Positions 29,412 to 40,800 of a DNA stretch of 64,000 nt are shown here, piece after piece. The translations under genes were made by a program, and so were the position numbers. The notes under the pieces are model-generated. The model searched no databases. It was not told the origin of the DNA and saw only the letters and a list, made by a program, of their open reading frames with translations. Source of the stretch: Bacteroidia bacterium (GTDB lineage Bacteria; Bacteroidota; Bacteroidia; Flavobacteriales_D; JAUILH01); assembly GCA_030433115.1 (NCBI GenBank), contig JAUILH010000003.1, forward strand, positions 1,746 through 65,745, read 5' to 3'. Numbering within the stretch: position 1 is the stretch's first letter; every line of letters starts with the position of its first letter.

Positions 29412-29483
29412 CTTATTCTATTTGCGATATTCCGTTTTTAGCCAACCAATCTCCGCCATAAGTTTGTAACAAACAATTGACTT

Positions 29484-30731
29484 ATGTATTGGTTTTTATC
29501 ACAGTGTATGCGTTTGGCTATTAAAGTTTATTTCAAAAAAATAGACATTAAAGGGCTCGAAAACTTGCCCAAAGACAAGCCCATTTTATTGACGCCAAAT
29601 CACCCAAGTGGATTTATGGATCCTATCTTGATTGGAGTTGTCATAAACCGACCGGTCCATTTCATTTCAAGAGGAGAATCTTTCATTAAACCCTTTCAAA
29701 GATGGTTCTTCTCTAAATTGCATATGTTGCCGGTTTACAGACCGGATAAAACTAAACACCTGGTCCACAAAAACAAAGATGTTTTTAAATCGTGTTATAA
29801 AATTCTTGAAAAAAAAGGCGCCATTATCATCTTCCCGGAAGGTTTGAGTCATATGGAGCCAAGACTTATTAAAACAAAAACTGGCGCTGCAAGAATCGCA
29901 CTTGGTGCAGAAAAACAAAACAACTTTAATCTAGACGTGCACATTGTTCCCATTGGTTTAAACTACAGCAACGCGCACAAATTCAGGTCTTCGGTTTGCG
30001 TAAATATAGGGCAAAGCATTCCAGCTAAAAAGTATCAGAACTTCTACAAACAACAAGCTCAGGAGGCTGCCAGGGCACTGACAGGTGAAATCCGTCAGTC
30101 CATCATAGGCAATTCGGTTCACATTTATGACGCGCAAAGATTCAGCACCTATCAAATGCTCATCACTTCAAACATCTATGATACCCCTGACTATACCACT
30201 CATTTGTCTGCCATCAACCACCTAGACGACATAGAATTGAATGTACTCAACAAAGCACTGTACGAGCTCCACTACCTCAAAGATCAACTCAAGATACAAG
30301 AGGATTATCAGAGAACCGTTCGTTGGTCCTGGCAACAAATAGGTCAAATTCCATTGGCACTACTTGGAGTTCTGTTCAACTGTATACCTTATAAATTCAC
30401 CGGAATTTTCACCGATACAGTCATCAAACGTCCCGATTTTAGAGGCTCCTTTCTGCTAGTGTTTGGGTTCTTCATTTTTGCTGCATACTACCTCATATTG
30501 GGAGGTCTACTAGAAAGTATCAAGCCATGGTTCGGATTTGCTTTCATTGTTTCTTGCATATTAAGTGGGTTTGTCTGGCTCAAGCTCATCCATCAATACA
30601 GAGCCTGGAAAAGTTACCGATCCTATCAAAAATCACTTGTACATCAAACAGACCTACACAAAAGGTACTGTAGGATCAAAGTAGACATCAAAAAAATGCT
30701 GGATCAAAAAAGAACTCGAGAGGCTGCTTAA
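29484..30731 (+). CDS. Membrane-bound glycerolipid acyltransferase (PlsC superfamily, long form)
   Basis: NHPSGFMD, IFPEGLS, KTGAARIAL, IVPIGLNY; C-terminal TM helices. Confidence 0.9.
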   Translation: MYWFLSQCMRLAIKVYFKKIDIKGLENLPKDKPILLTPNHPSGFMDPILIGVVINRPVHFISRGESFIKPFQRWFFSKLHMLPVYRPDKTKHLVHKNKDVFKSCYKILEKKGAIIIFPEGLSHMEPRLIKTKTGAARIALGAEKQNNFNLDVHIVPIGLNYSNAHKFRSSVCVNIGQSIPAKKYQNFYKQQAQEAARALTGEIRQSIIGNSVHIYDAQRFSTYQMLITSNIYDTPDYTTHLSAINHLDDIELNVLNKALYELHYLKDQLKIQEDYQRTVRWSWQQIGQIPLALLGVLFNCIPYKFTGIFTDTVIKRPDFRGSFLLVFGFFIFAAYYLILGGLLESIKPWFGFAFIVSCILSGFVWLKLIHQYRAWKSYRSYQKSLVHQTDLHKRYCRIKVDIKKMLDQKRTREAA

Positions 30732-33700
30732 CGCACTAAAGTAACGTGCCCAACCTTCTCCTGTATGACTTCAGGATGGATGTAATCCGTAAAGCGAATC
30801 TTCCAAACATACACGTCAGATGGTGACTGAATGCCTTTATAGGTGCCATCCCATCCATTGTTGAGGCTGGATGAACTAAATATCACTTCTCCCCACCTGT
30901 TGAACACCAACATCTCAAAGGTCTTGATCTCCTTTCCAAATGCGTAAAAGATATCATTCATACCGTCTCCGTTGGCAGTAAAAGCATTGGGTACATAAAG
31001 CACAGCATCAATATATACCGTTACCGTATCAGAATTTCTACATCCGTTTTGATCAACCCCATATAAAATGTAGTTGGTGAGTGTAGATGGATTAGAAACC
31101 GGATTCAGACAATCAAAACAATCCAAACTATCTGCGGGTGTCCACCAATACAAATGCGCGTTGGTAGATCCATTGAGCTGCACAGACTCACCATATTCAA
31201 TGAATTTATCAGGTCCGGCATGCACTTGTGGTCCTGGGAATAAATCTACAAACACCGACACATCCGCGGAGCAACCATTGGCATTGATGACTTCAGCCGT
31301 GTAAGTAGTTGGAGTAGATGGCGTAACCAGAGTAGAATCATTGGTGGGAGAAAAAGTACCTATGACTGGTGTCCAGATGTATGAATCTCCACCCCAGGCG
31401 ACCAACAAAGCTGTGTCATTGGGGCAAATTGTAGTGTCGTTGCTGATACCAGGAACAACACGATCAACAGAAACCAACACAGAATCATACAGAGTGCCAC
31501 AAGCATTTGCAAATTCTGCCACATAGTAAAAATCGATTTCCGGCCACAAACTTGCTTGTGCTCCGAAAGCATCAATGTTATAGGTACTCATCCACTGAAT
31601 ACTCGTAGCGCCAGATGCCGTCATGGAAATGGTGTCTCCCTGACAAATGGTTGTATCGTTAGGTAGGGTAGGATTAGGCGGTGTTAAGATTACATCCACG
31701 AAAACGGAGTCTCTGATTACACAACCATCTGCCGTGGTAACATCCACAAAATACCAGGTTGGCGTTGCCGGAGATGCATCAGGATCTTGAATATTCAAGT
31801 TGCTCAAGGTAGGATCTGCCTGCCATTCATAATTCACACCTCCAAAGCCACTTATTTGGGTAGACTGTCCGATACAGATGACCGTATCTGGTGATGTACT
31901 CACTGTATTTTCATACACCTCAACCACAATAGACACCGTATCCGTACTACAACTATCATGAACAATGGCATAATAAGTAAATGTTGAGTCTGGGAATACC
32001 GTTGGGTTATAACTATTCGGATTCAAAATGTTTTGATTGGGATACCAACTGTACACATCTCCGCCATAGGCTTCCAAGTCTATACTGTCACCCGGACAAA
32101 TAGGTGGTATGGCCAAAATTCCACCATCATTGATGGCATATACATCTACTATCAATTCTGCCGTGTCTGCCTCAATGCAACCAGAGGTGTCGGAAGCTAT
32201 CAAAGTTACCGTATACTGGCCGGTATCGGTGTAAGTGTGGTTAGGCTGAAAATCGGTTGACGTGTTGCCATCACCAAAATCCCAAAAGTACTGGTTAGCT
32301 CCGGTTGTGTTGTTATTGAATTGATAAGAATTAGGAATACACACATAGGGCGCAGGAACACTCACTAAAGTTTGAATATTGTTAATCCCGAACTTAAATA
32401 CCGCCAAATTACAATTGCTGGCATTGTTGGTTTGAGACCAGGCACCAGGAGTAGTTGGAAAGTTCGAATTCCCTCCACAACCCGCACACACCGCATGATA
32501 GACTATTCCTTTTTTATCGAAACGACTGGTACCTCCGTCTACATGGTCAGGGCTGGTACCTCCTAAAAATGTAGCGTAGAGTATGGACTGAGCCTCCTGG
32601 GACAAAACCATAAAGTAAAAATCACTGCCACTAGTTGCTAATTGTAAACCATTTGGAGTTGTGGGCAGTCCAGTTGTGGTACTCGACGGAACTGATGTGG
32701 CATTTACAGAACCTCCCCAGCCCGACCAGTAAATTAAACCACAATTGTTGACCAGAAAAGCGGTTGGCGATACATCTACCGTTCCATTACCAGTTCCAAT
32801 TACGGTACTCCAGATATTTGTAGTGAGTGCATTGTCCAGTTTTTGAATGAATTGGTTCGAATTAGGATTGGTGTATAATCCGGCACTAACGGGATAAGCT
32901 CCTTCAGACACACCTATCACATAAACATCATCGTTTCCATCAATTTGTATAAAGAAAGTAAGATCCTTTGAGCCCGTGCCCAGGTAGGTAGAGCCCATCA
33001 CCGTGTTTCCATTCGAACTGAACTTAGTAATGTAACCGTCAACACCTCCCAAATACGTACCATTGAGCGCTCCGGGGGTGGTATTTAAATCAGAGCTGGA
33101 AGTACCTCCGGATATGTAAATGTCTCCATTAGAATCCAACTGAATTCCAAATCCTGTATCATCTCCTGAACCACCCCAGTAAGTAGACCATGGCATGGCG
33201 GTGAGCGAAGAGTTCATTCTAAAAACAACCGCATCAAAGGCACCAGCGTTTGTCGGCTGCGGTGCATTTGCTGACACTGGAAAGTCCGCACTCTTTGTAC
33301 ATGAAGTCACAATTGGGTTTCCACCAGCATCTACAATGATCTCTCCTCTAAAATCGTCTCCATAAAAATACTTGATGGCATTACCAGAGTTGAGCCCGTC
33401 ATTGTCGCTCCCCCCCACAAATGTGCTCCCCAAGAGAGCGGTACCATTTGCGTTGAATTTGGTCACTGCAATATCAGAACCAGCATTGTAGGCATAATAA
33501 TTAGGTGTAAACCCAATGCCTCCCCCGAATACCGTTTGAAAAGCACCTGCCGTAACCGGAAAATCCGTGGATGCAGTAGTCGACAATACAAATAGATTGT
33601 CAAAATCATCAACCACTAAACTATGTGGACTTTCAACTCCTGTTCCTCCCAAATAAGTTGAGTAAACCAAATTCGATCCATCTGGCAGAAACTTTGAAAT

Positions 33701-34597
33701 TCCTATGTCACAGGTTGGCGCCAAACCACCTGCAAAGCTCATTTGAAAAGCACCGGTTGTAACCGGATAGCCTGCTCCAAAAACAATTCCACCTGCATAG
33801 GTATACTCCTGATTGTCGTAAGTAGCTGTAAAACCCCAGTTATCCGTAGTAGAGCCTGTATAACTGGAAAAGACCAAAATTGGGTCGATTACCAAATCAT
33901 AATCTTCATCATATCCTCTGGGAAATTTAAAGGTGACCTGACCATCTTTGAGTACGTACTTACACGGCACTTCCACCTGCTCTCCATCAATCATTTGGTA
34001 AGCCAGAGGCGCCTTTTCAACCATGTAGCCGAGGGAATTCTCAAGGTACAAACTGCCGTTTTTGATATACATGTTGTCATAACCCTCATAAGACAACTTA
34101 ATCTCATCAGGATTTCCACCGGTAGTTACAATAAAATCGTACTTGGCATAATTGGCATACTGATATACCTTCAAGTCGATAAAGTCATACAAATCGTTGT
34201 AATATACTTCTTTGAACGCACGCACTTCAGTTGCCCACTTGTTGGGATCATTTCCAGTAAAATAATTCTCATACCAGGTACTTGGTTTCTTTTGATCCAT
34301 CAGCGGATTCGGATTGGCATTCAGGAAACTGGTTCTGATTGCGTGCGCCTTGATCTCGTCTGGCATCTTATAATCTGGTTGTGCATGCGCCTCCTTCGAA
34401 AACACTGATTTTTCATAAAACAGATAAGTGAACGCATTTTTTTCCAGATAGAAATTGCCAAACTCCATCTTTGCCCGATACAGCACATTCTCGTGCCACT
34501 GACCTTTATTTTGTGTAAACACGAGCTCATCGTGCGCTCGGGTATAGTTACCCAGGCACAGCCAGACAAAGGCTATGAGCAAAATTCGTGTTCTCAA
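30728..34597 (-). CDS. T9SS type B cargo with SBBP beta-propeller repeats, PKD and Ig-like domains
   Basis: FTQNKGQW N-domain, LVIDP.LVFSSY, repeated STYLGG, WDFGDG (PKD); CTD YVPNAFTANGDGMND...FNRWG...WDG. Confidence 0.92.
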   Translation of the reverse strand: MRTRILLIAFVWLCLGNYTRAHDELVFTQNKGQWHENVLYRAKMEFGNFYLEKNAFTYLFYEKSVFSKEAHAQPDYKMPDEIKAHAIRTSFLNANPNPLMDQKKPSTWYENYFTGNDPNKWATEVRAFKEVYYNDLYDFIDLKVYQYANYAKYDFIVTTGGNPDEIKLSYEGYDNMYIKNGSLYLENSLGYMVEKAPLAYQMIDGEQVEVPCKYVLKDGQVTFKFPRGYDEDYDLVIDPILVFSSYTGSTTDNWGFTATYDNQEYTYAGGIVFGAGYPVTTGAFQMSFAGGLAPTCDIGISKFLPDGSNLVYSTYLGGTGVESPHSLVVDDFDNLFVLSTTASTDFPVTAGAFQTVFGGGIGFTPNYYAYNAGSDIAVTKFNANGTALLGSTFVGGSDNDGLNSGNAIKYFYGDDFRGEIIVDAGGNPIVTSCTKSADFPVSANAPQPTNAGAFDAVVFRMNSSLTAMPWSTYWGGSGDDTGFGIQLDSNGDIYISGGTSSSDLNTTPGALNGTYLGGVDGYITKFSSNGNTVMGSTYLGTGSKDLTFFIQIDGNDDVYVIGVSEGAYPVSAGLYTNPNSNQFIQKLDNALTTNIWSTVIGTGNGTVDVSPTAFLVNNCGLIYWSGWGGSVNATSVPSSTTTGLPTTPNGLQLATSGSDFYFMVLSQEAQSILYATFLGGTSPDHVDGGTSRFDKKGIVYHAVCAGCGGNSNFPTTPGAWSQTNNASNCNLAVFKFGINNIQTLVSVPAPYVCIPNSYQFNNNTTGANQYFWDFGDGNTSTDFQPNHTYTDTGQYTVTLIASDTSGCIEADTAELIVDVYAINDGGILAIPPICPGDSIDLEAYGGDVYSWYPNQNILNPNSYNPTVFPDSTFTYYAIVHDSCSTDTVSIVVEVYENTVSTSPDTVICIGQSTQISGFGGVNYEWQADPTLSNLNIQDPDASPATPTWYFVDVTTADGCVIRDSVFVDVILTPPNPTLPNDTTICQGDTISMTASGATSIQWMSTYNIDAFGAQASLWPEIDFYYVAEFANACGTLYDSVLVSVDRVVPGISNDTTICPNDTALLVAWGGDSYIWTPVIGTFSPTNDSTLVTPSTPTTYTAEVINANGCSADVSVFVDLFPGPQVHAGPDKFIEYGESVQLNGSTNAHLYWWTPADSLDCFDCLNPVSNPSTLTNYILYGVDQNGCRNSDTVTVYIDAVLYVPNAFTANGDGMNDIFYAFGKEIKTFEMLVFNRWGEVIFSSSSLNNGWDGTYKGIQSPSDVYVWKIRFTDYIHPEVIQEKVGHVTLVR

Positions 34598-34810
34598 ATG
34601 AACTATTTTATATCAAATATAACTCCTTAACAACGGTTTGAGAAGCTAATTGTTTCATTATTCACTAATTAACAGACGTTAAAATACAAGAAAGGTTGGG
34701 TCTTTCTTTAGGAATATGATAAAGAGATCATTTTAGGGTATAAAGTGATTGAATTATTGAGCACGAAAATTCGCGAATTAAGTTTAAATTTGTGCCTTAG
34801 GAAGAACACT

Positions 34811-36712
34811 ATGAGCGACCCCATCAAACACGAGTGCGGTATTGCCGTACTTAGGCTTCTCAAGCCCATTGAGCATTACATTGAAAAATATGGAACGGCA
34901 TTTTACGGCCTGAACAAAATGTATCTCCTGATGGAGAAACAGCACAATCGAGGACAAGACGGTGCCGGATTGGCCAATATTAAGCTCGATATGGAACCTG
35001 GTCAACGCTACATTTCCAGAAAAAGATCCATTAGTAACAAGCCCATTCAGGAGATTTTTGACTACGTGAATCAAAAATTCAGAGATCTTCAAATATCCGA
35101 TCCGGATAAACTAAAGGACCCTGCCTACCTCAAAGCCAATTATGGATTTACGGGTGAATTATTTTTAGGGCATCTGAGGTATGGTACTTTTGGCAAAAAC
35201 AGTATTGAAAGCTGCCATCCTTTTTTGAGACAGAATAACTGGATGACCAGGAATTTAGTGGTTGCCGGAAACTTCAACCTAACCAATGTAGATGAGTTGT
35301 TCGACATCCTGAAAAACATTGGTCAACATCCTAAGGAAAAATCAGATACGGTTACGGTTCTTGAAAAAATTGGACACTTTTTGGATGTTGAAAACGAACG
35401 GCTTTTCCAAAAGTATAAGACATTGGGATACAGCAACAAGGAAATCTCAGACCTGATCAGTAAACACATTGATATTTCGGATATTCTTAAGAACTCGGCA
35501 GAAGATTGGGATGGTGGGTATGCCATGGCAGGACTATTCGGTCATGGAGATGCATTTGTGCTGAGAGACCCTTCTAGCATTCGACCGGCCTATTATTATC
35601 ATGATGATGAAATTGCCGTCGTTGCTTCTGAAAGACCTGCCATTCAAACAGCTTTTAACCTGCAGGAAGACCAGATAAAAGAATTGGATGGCGGAAACGC
35701 GTTTATCATCAGAAAAAATGGTGAGATCTCAATCAAAGAAATCAGACAACCACTTGAAAGAAAAGCCTGTTCATTTGAACGCATTTATTTTTCCAGAGGA
35801 AGTGATATCGAGATTTATTCTGAAAGAAAGCAATTAGGACACAACGTCTTTCCTCAAGTGATGGAAGCCATCAACAACGATATTGAAAATGCGGTCTTTT
35901 CTTTTATTCCAAACACAGCAGAGACTGCTTATTACGGCATGATCAAGGCAGCAGAGGATCATTTAAATGCGCAAAAACTGGAATTGATCAAAAACATGTC
36001 TGACAGACAAGATGACAATGCCATTTGGGATATTCTGAGTAAAAGAGCTAAGGTTGAAAAAGTGGCCATTAAGGATGCCAAATTAAGGACCTTCATTACA
36101 CAAGATGATGATCGGGATGATTTGGTAGCTCACGTATACGACATTACTTATGGCACAATTACAAGAGGCAAAGACAATTTGGTTGTGATTGATGACTCCA
36201 TTGTCCGGGGAACCACATTAAGAAATAGCATTTTGAGAATTCTGGATAGATTGGGACCAAAAAACATCATTGTTGTGTCTTCCGCACCACAAATTCGCTA
36301 TCCCGACTGTTATGGCATTGACATGGCTAAACTCGGCGATTTCGTTGCTTTTCAGGCCGCCATCGCTTTACTCAAAGATCATGGTAAAGACGCTTTATTG
36401 GATGAAGTATATGAGTTGTGCAAGCAAGAATTGGAAAAGCCAAAAAACCAGATGGTGAATCACGTTAAAAAGATTTATGACCCATTCACACCTGATGAAA
36501 TTTCTGCCAAAATCTCTGAATTGTTGACTCCGAAAAACATTCAAGCTGGTGTTAAAATCATCTATCAAAACATTGAGGGCTTACATGCGGCTTGTCCTAA
36601 TCACAAAGGAGATTGGTATTTTACTGGAAACTACCCTACTCCGGGAGGAAATAAGGTGGTGAACAAAGCCTTTGTGAATTTTATGGAAGGTGTAAACGTC
36701 AGAGCATATTGA
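34811..36712 (+). CDS. purF: Amidophosphoribosyltransferase (long Bacteroidota form)
   Basis: Propeptide MSDPIKHE followed by CG (Ntn nucleophile); QHNRGQDGAG, GHLRYGT, CSFERIYFSR, VVIDDSIVRGTT, PDCYGIDM. Confidence 0.93.
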   Translation: MSDPIKHECGIAVLRLLKPIEHYIEKYGTAFYGLNKMYLLMEKQHNRGQDGAGLANIKLDMEPGQRYISRKRSISNKPIQEIFDYVNQKFRDLQISDPDKLKDPAYLKANYGFTGELFLGHLRYGTFGKNSIESCHPFLRQNNWMTRNLVVAGNFNLTNVDELFDILKNIGQHPKEKSDTVTVLEKIGHFLDVENERLFQKYKTLGYSNKEISDLISKHIDISDILKNSAEDWDGGYAMAGLFGHGDAFVLRDPSSIRPAYYYHDDEIAVVASERPAIQTAFNLQEDQIKELDGGNAFIIRKNGEISIKEIRQPLERKACSFERIYFSRGSDIEIYSERKQLGHNVFPQVMEAINNDIENAVFSFIPNTAETAYYGMIKAAEDHLNAQKLELIKNMSDRQDDNAIWDILSKRAKVEKVAIKDAKLRTFITQDDDRDDLVAHVYDITYGTITRGKDNLVVIDDSIVRGTTLRNSILRILDRLGPKNIIVVSSAPQIRYPDCYGIDMAKLGDFVAFQAAIALLKDHGKDALLDEVYELCKQELEKPKNQMVNHVKKIYDPFTPDEISAKISELLTPKNIQAGVKIIYQNIEGLHAACPNHKGDWYFTGNYPTPGGNKVVNKAFVNFMEGVNVRAY

Positions 36713-36845
36713 GCGAACGTCTCCGGTGTCGTTTAAATCAAATTTTGTAACTTTCATGGAAGGTTTGAGGTATTTAGTGTAAGAAAAAACACCTTTTGAC
36801 TTGCTTTTTCGTCTATACAATACCAAATAAATAATAAGGCCAACT

Positions 36846-37763
36846 ATGAAAAACTCTTTACTCTCTTTTGTACTGCTACTCTTAGGATCATTTGCTTTTG
36901 CGCAAGGACCGATTACCGAAATCTGTATGGTTACTGTTGACACTGGACATACTCACAACGTGGTTGTGTGGGAAAAAGCCAGTCAAATTAGTACAGTAGG
37001 TATAGACAGTATGCGCATTTACAGACGGACGGTTCTCGGTATGGATTCTCTGATTGCCACTGTGGATTATGACTCGTTAAGCGAATACCACGATCACAAC
37101 GTTAACGTAAACTTAAAAGGGTATATGTATCGAATTGAAGGTATAGATAATCTGGGAGTTGTTGGCAACAAATCTGCACCGCACAGAACTATTCACTTTG
37201 CAGTTATCGACAATGGATCAGGTAATTTACACTTGGAATGGTCGCCTTACATTGGTCACACGGTCAACTCATACGAATGCTGGCGAGACTCTCTGGGCTC
37301 CACTCAGTATCAAAGTGTCAATACCACGTCAACAGCCAATGATACCACCTGGTGGGATAACAATACGCCTATGAGTTGGGCAAATCTCTGGTACAAAGTA
37401 GACGTTCCCGGATTCGTGAGTTGTGAATCCACAAGAGCCAATCACAACACCACCAGATCTAATAAAACTCAACCCATCTCGGGAACTCCGGTAGATGTTG
37501 AAGAGAACTCCCTACAAGAATTGCATGTATATCCAAATCCAAGTAATGATAAGTTCTATTATCAGTTTTCATCTCTTACCTGGGAACCAATAACAATTAG
37601 TGTGATGGACTTGTCTGGAAAACAAGTTTTAGAAACCAAATACATCAAGGTATCCGGACAATACAGAAATGAAATTGACTTGAGCAATATGCCTTCCGGG
37701 ATGTACTTTCTGAGAATCAGTAATTCAAGCAAAACTCTAAACAAAAAACTCTTGCTTAAATAG
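36846..37763 (+). CDS. T9SS type A cargo: minimal member (signal peptide + shared FN3-like module + CTD)
   Basis: EICMVTVD...VVWEK...HRTIH...CESTRANHNTTRSNKTQP; CTD VYPNP...MPSGMYFLRI...KKLLL. Confidence 0.88.
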   Translation: MKNSLLSFVLLLLGSFAFAQGPITEICMVTVDTGHTHNVVVWEKASQISTVGIDSMRIYRRTVLGMDSLIATVDYDSLSEYHDHNVNVNLKGYMYRIEGIDNLGVVGNKSAPHRTIHFAVIDNGSGNLHLEWSPYIGHTVNSYECWRDSLGSTQYQSVNTTSTANDTTWWDNNTPMSWANLWYKVDVPGFVSCESTRANHNTTRSNKTQPISGTPVDVEENSLQELHVYPNPSNDKFYYQFSSLTWEPITISVMDLSGKQVLETKYIKVSGQYRNEIDLSNMPSGMYFLRISNSSKTLNKKLLLK

Positions 37764-37813
37764 GGTTTGTAGGTTGACTTGCAATTGCTTAACTTGCGGC
37801 TTTTATTGAAGCC

Positions 37814-40800
37814 ATGGAATCACTTTCAAAACTCTTGTTAGCACTGCTAAGCTTTGCTCTAATTTCTCACAACTCTACAGCTCAAAACCTAAATTGGGCA
37901 GGCTCTGTAGGTCAGGTTGCCCAAGATAGTGCTACAGCGGTTGCACACACCTCAAATGGTGGTTTTGTAATCGTTGGTAGGGGCACACAGGACGATTTCG
38001 GTCCGGATTATGATCCCTTCGGAGGAAGCGGTGCTTATGGTGGTCCTCAATACGACTGGCACTTCATTGCTAAATATGACAACCAGGGTCAATTGCAGAA
38101 TATCAAGATTCCTGACTATGGATTTGGTGCATTTCAGAATAATAACGGTGGTAATAATGCATTAAGCAGTACTCAAGATGAGTTCACAGATGTTGCAGTA
38201 GATGGCAGTGGGAATATATACGTAACCGGAACTTTTAATCAGGACCTTGAATTTGATGTGGCAAATGGTCCTGCATCTCCTCATGAATTATATCCTGTAA
38301 ACTATAATGGAGATTTACTCGTTCTGAAACTGGATCCGGCACTCAATCCTACATTTTCTTTTAATGCAGGAGCAGATGCCAAATGTGTGGGTCATGCCAT
38401 TGATGCAAATCTGGCTGGTGATTTCTTTGTTGGAGGACAATACTCTAACAATACAAGCCAATTTGATCTCGATAAGTTTACGGCTGGAAATCAAACTCCC
38501 ACCAATAATTCGGGATTTATGGAGGGGGCTTTCCTGGCTGCCTACGATAACACCAATAACCTCACATGGTCTATTGGTTTTGGTGGAAGCCACATGGATG
38601 ATGCCATTTATGATGTAGCCACAGATAACCTTGGAAATGTCATTTGTGTTGGTCAATTGACTACAGCCAATTCTGATTTTAATCCACTTGGTTCCGCTGT
38701 TACATTAAGTCCTGTGGGCTCACAAGACCTATTCATTGCGAGTTATAACTCAGTTGGGCAACTGAATTGGGTGAAGCTGCTGGGTGATAGTGGTTCTGAT
38801 GCGGCCTACTCTGTCACTATAGACGACAATAATAACTGCTACGTAAGTGGTGAGTTCTCAGGAACATTTAGTTTTGATGGTACTCCGGTTAACGCCATAG
38901 GACAGGATGGTTTTCTTGCGAAATATTCGGGTACCGGAAACCTTGTCTGGCTCAAAACGATTTCCGGGGCTGCCAGTGAACGACTGTTAAGTGTGGATGA
39001 AAATAATGGTCAGCTCATCTGCTCAGGAGACTTCACCTCTGATCTCATTGATGATTTGGGCACCTTCAATTCTACTGGTGGAACAGACGGTTATCTGGCT
39101 CAAATTGATACGGCAGGTAATCTAATTAGCTCAAAACACGCCTCTGCAGCAGGCAATAATTCTGTTGTAGGATCGGTATTTACGGGCACCAATGATATTA
39201 TTTCTATTGGTAGTTTGGATCAGGTTAGCTCAGTCACCCTAGACCAATCACAGCCAGGAAACGCACTGTCGCCTGCTCACAGTAATTTAGAATGGTATTT
39301 TGCCAATTTCTGTACAACACCAGAAGTAAACTTGTCCTCGCTACCAGCCTTATGCGAGGGAGATGCCCCAATGACTTTAGATGGCAACGGATCTCCTTCA
39401 GGAGGCAGTTATTCAGGAATCGGCATCATCAATGGTGCATTCTATCCCTTACTTGTAGGAGCTGGAAGTTACGATATGGTATACGAATACCAATATGGCG
39501 CTTGTGTTAATTCAGACACACAAACTATTGTAGTTAACCCTAACCCAATTGTACAACTCGCTGGCATCAGCGATTTTTGCGAAAACGACAATTCTCATGC
39601 TCTTGTTGAAGGCATCCCTGTTGGAGGAAGTTACTCGGGAACAGGTGTTAATTCTGGTAATTTCGACCCGCAACAAGCAGGAAGTGGCATACACACCATA
39701 AACTACACATACACTGATGCCAATGGCTGCACTGATGACGCCTCTCAACCTGTTCTCGTAAATGACGCTCCAGACATTAACGTGTCAACAACTGATGCTG
39801 ATTGCGCCAATCCAAACGGGACTGCAAGTGCCTCAGCCAGTGGTGGCGCACTGCCTTATCTGTATTACTGGAGTACAGGAAATTTTGGGCAAAATATTAG
39901 TGGACTTAGCGGAGGATTCTATCAAATCACTGTTACCGATGGCAATGGATGCAGCAACTTTGAAGTAGCCAACGTATCCGATATTAATGGACCACAAATA
40001 ACGATCAACAGTGTAACAGATGTTACTTGTTTTGGAGATGAAGACGGTGCTATTGACGTTGCCGTATCCGGAGGAACCGGAAACCTTCATTTGAGCTGGA
40101 GCAATGGAGATACTACTGCACTCATTACCGATTTAGCCGCAGGGCCTTATGACCTTTTGGTAGAAGATGATGCAGGTTGTAGCGCGACCATCAGTGTCCT
40201 CGTGAATTCACCGGACGACATCACCATCACACCGAATATTGTGAACGCAGGTTGTGGACAACAAGACGGATCAATTAGTATTGTTGCCGCTGGCGGAAAT
40301 AATACCTTCACCTATGATTGGCCTGCCTCAGGAAATACAACTGACACCGAGTCTTCAATAGGGCTGGGTGTTTACACCGTAATTGTGAGTGATGGAAACA
40401 GCTGTTCTAATTCCTTTGACATTGCCCTCAACGAAACTGGCGGTCCTATCATCTCCATTGACAACATCACAAATACACCATGTGGATCGATTACAGGAGC
40501 GGTAGATATCACGCCATCGGGAGCGGGACCATTTACCTTCAATTGGCAAGACAATAACTCAAGCACTGTGTCCCTGGCAGAAGATTTAACAGGAGTGGCT
40601 TCAGGTAACTACGTAATTACAGTGACTGATACAAATAACTGTAGTTCAACAGAGCCAGTCGTTGTTGGAGTCAGCTTTCAGGATAATATTGAACTTTGTT
40701 TGATCACTGTGGACACAACAAGTGGGAAAAACTTGTTAGTATGGGAAAAGCCTACTACATCTTCAATCGATTTCTTTAATATTTATAGAGAAGGCTCAAT

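Noticed and set aside
33743-34408. 221-aa plus-strand ORF and the many other 60-160-aa overlapping ORFs in the track
   Set aside because: They are antisense or out-of-frame shadows of well-supported genes, with no recognisable motifs.
30728-34597. Abundant D-(S/T)-hydrophobic triplets in secreted proteins
   Set aside because: They match the known general Bacteroidota O-glycosylation sequon, so they are expected rather than novel.
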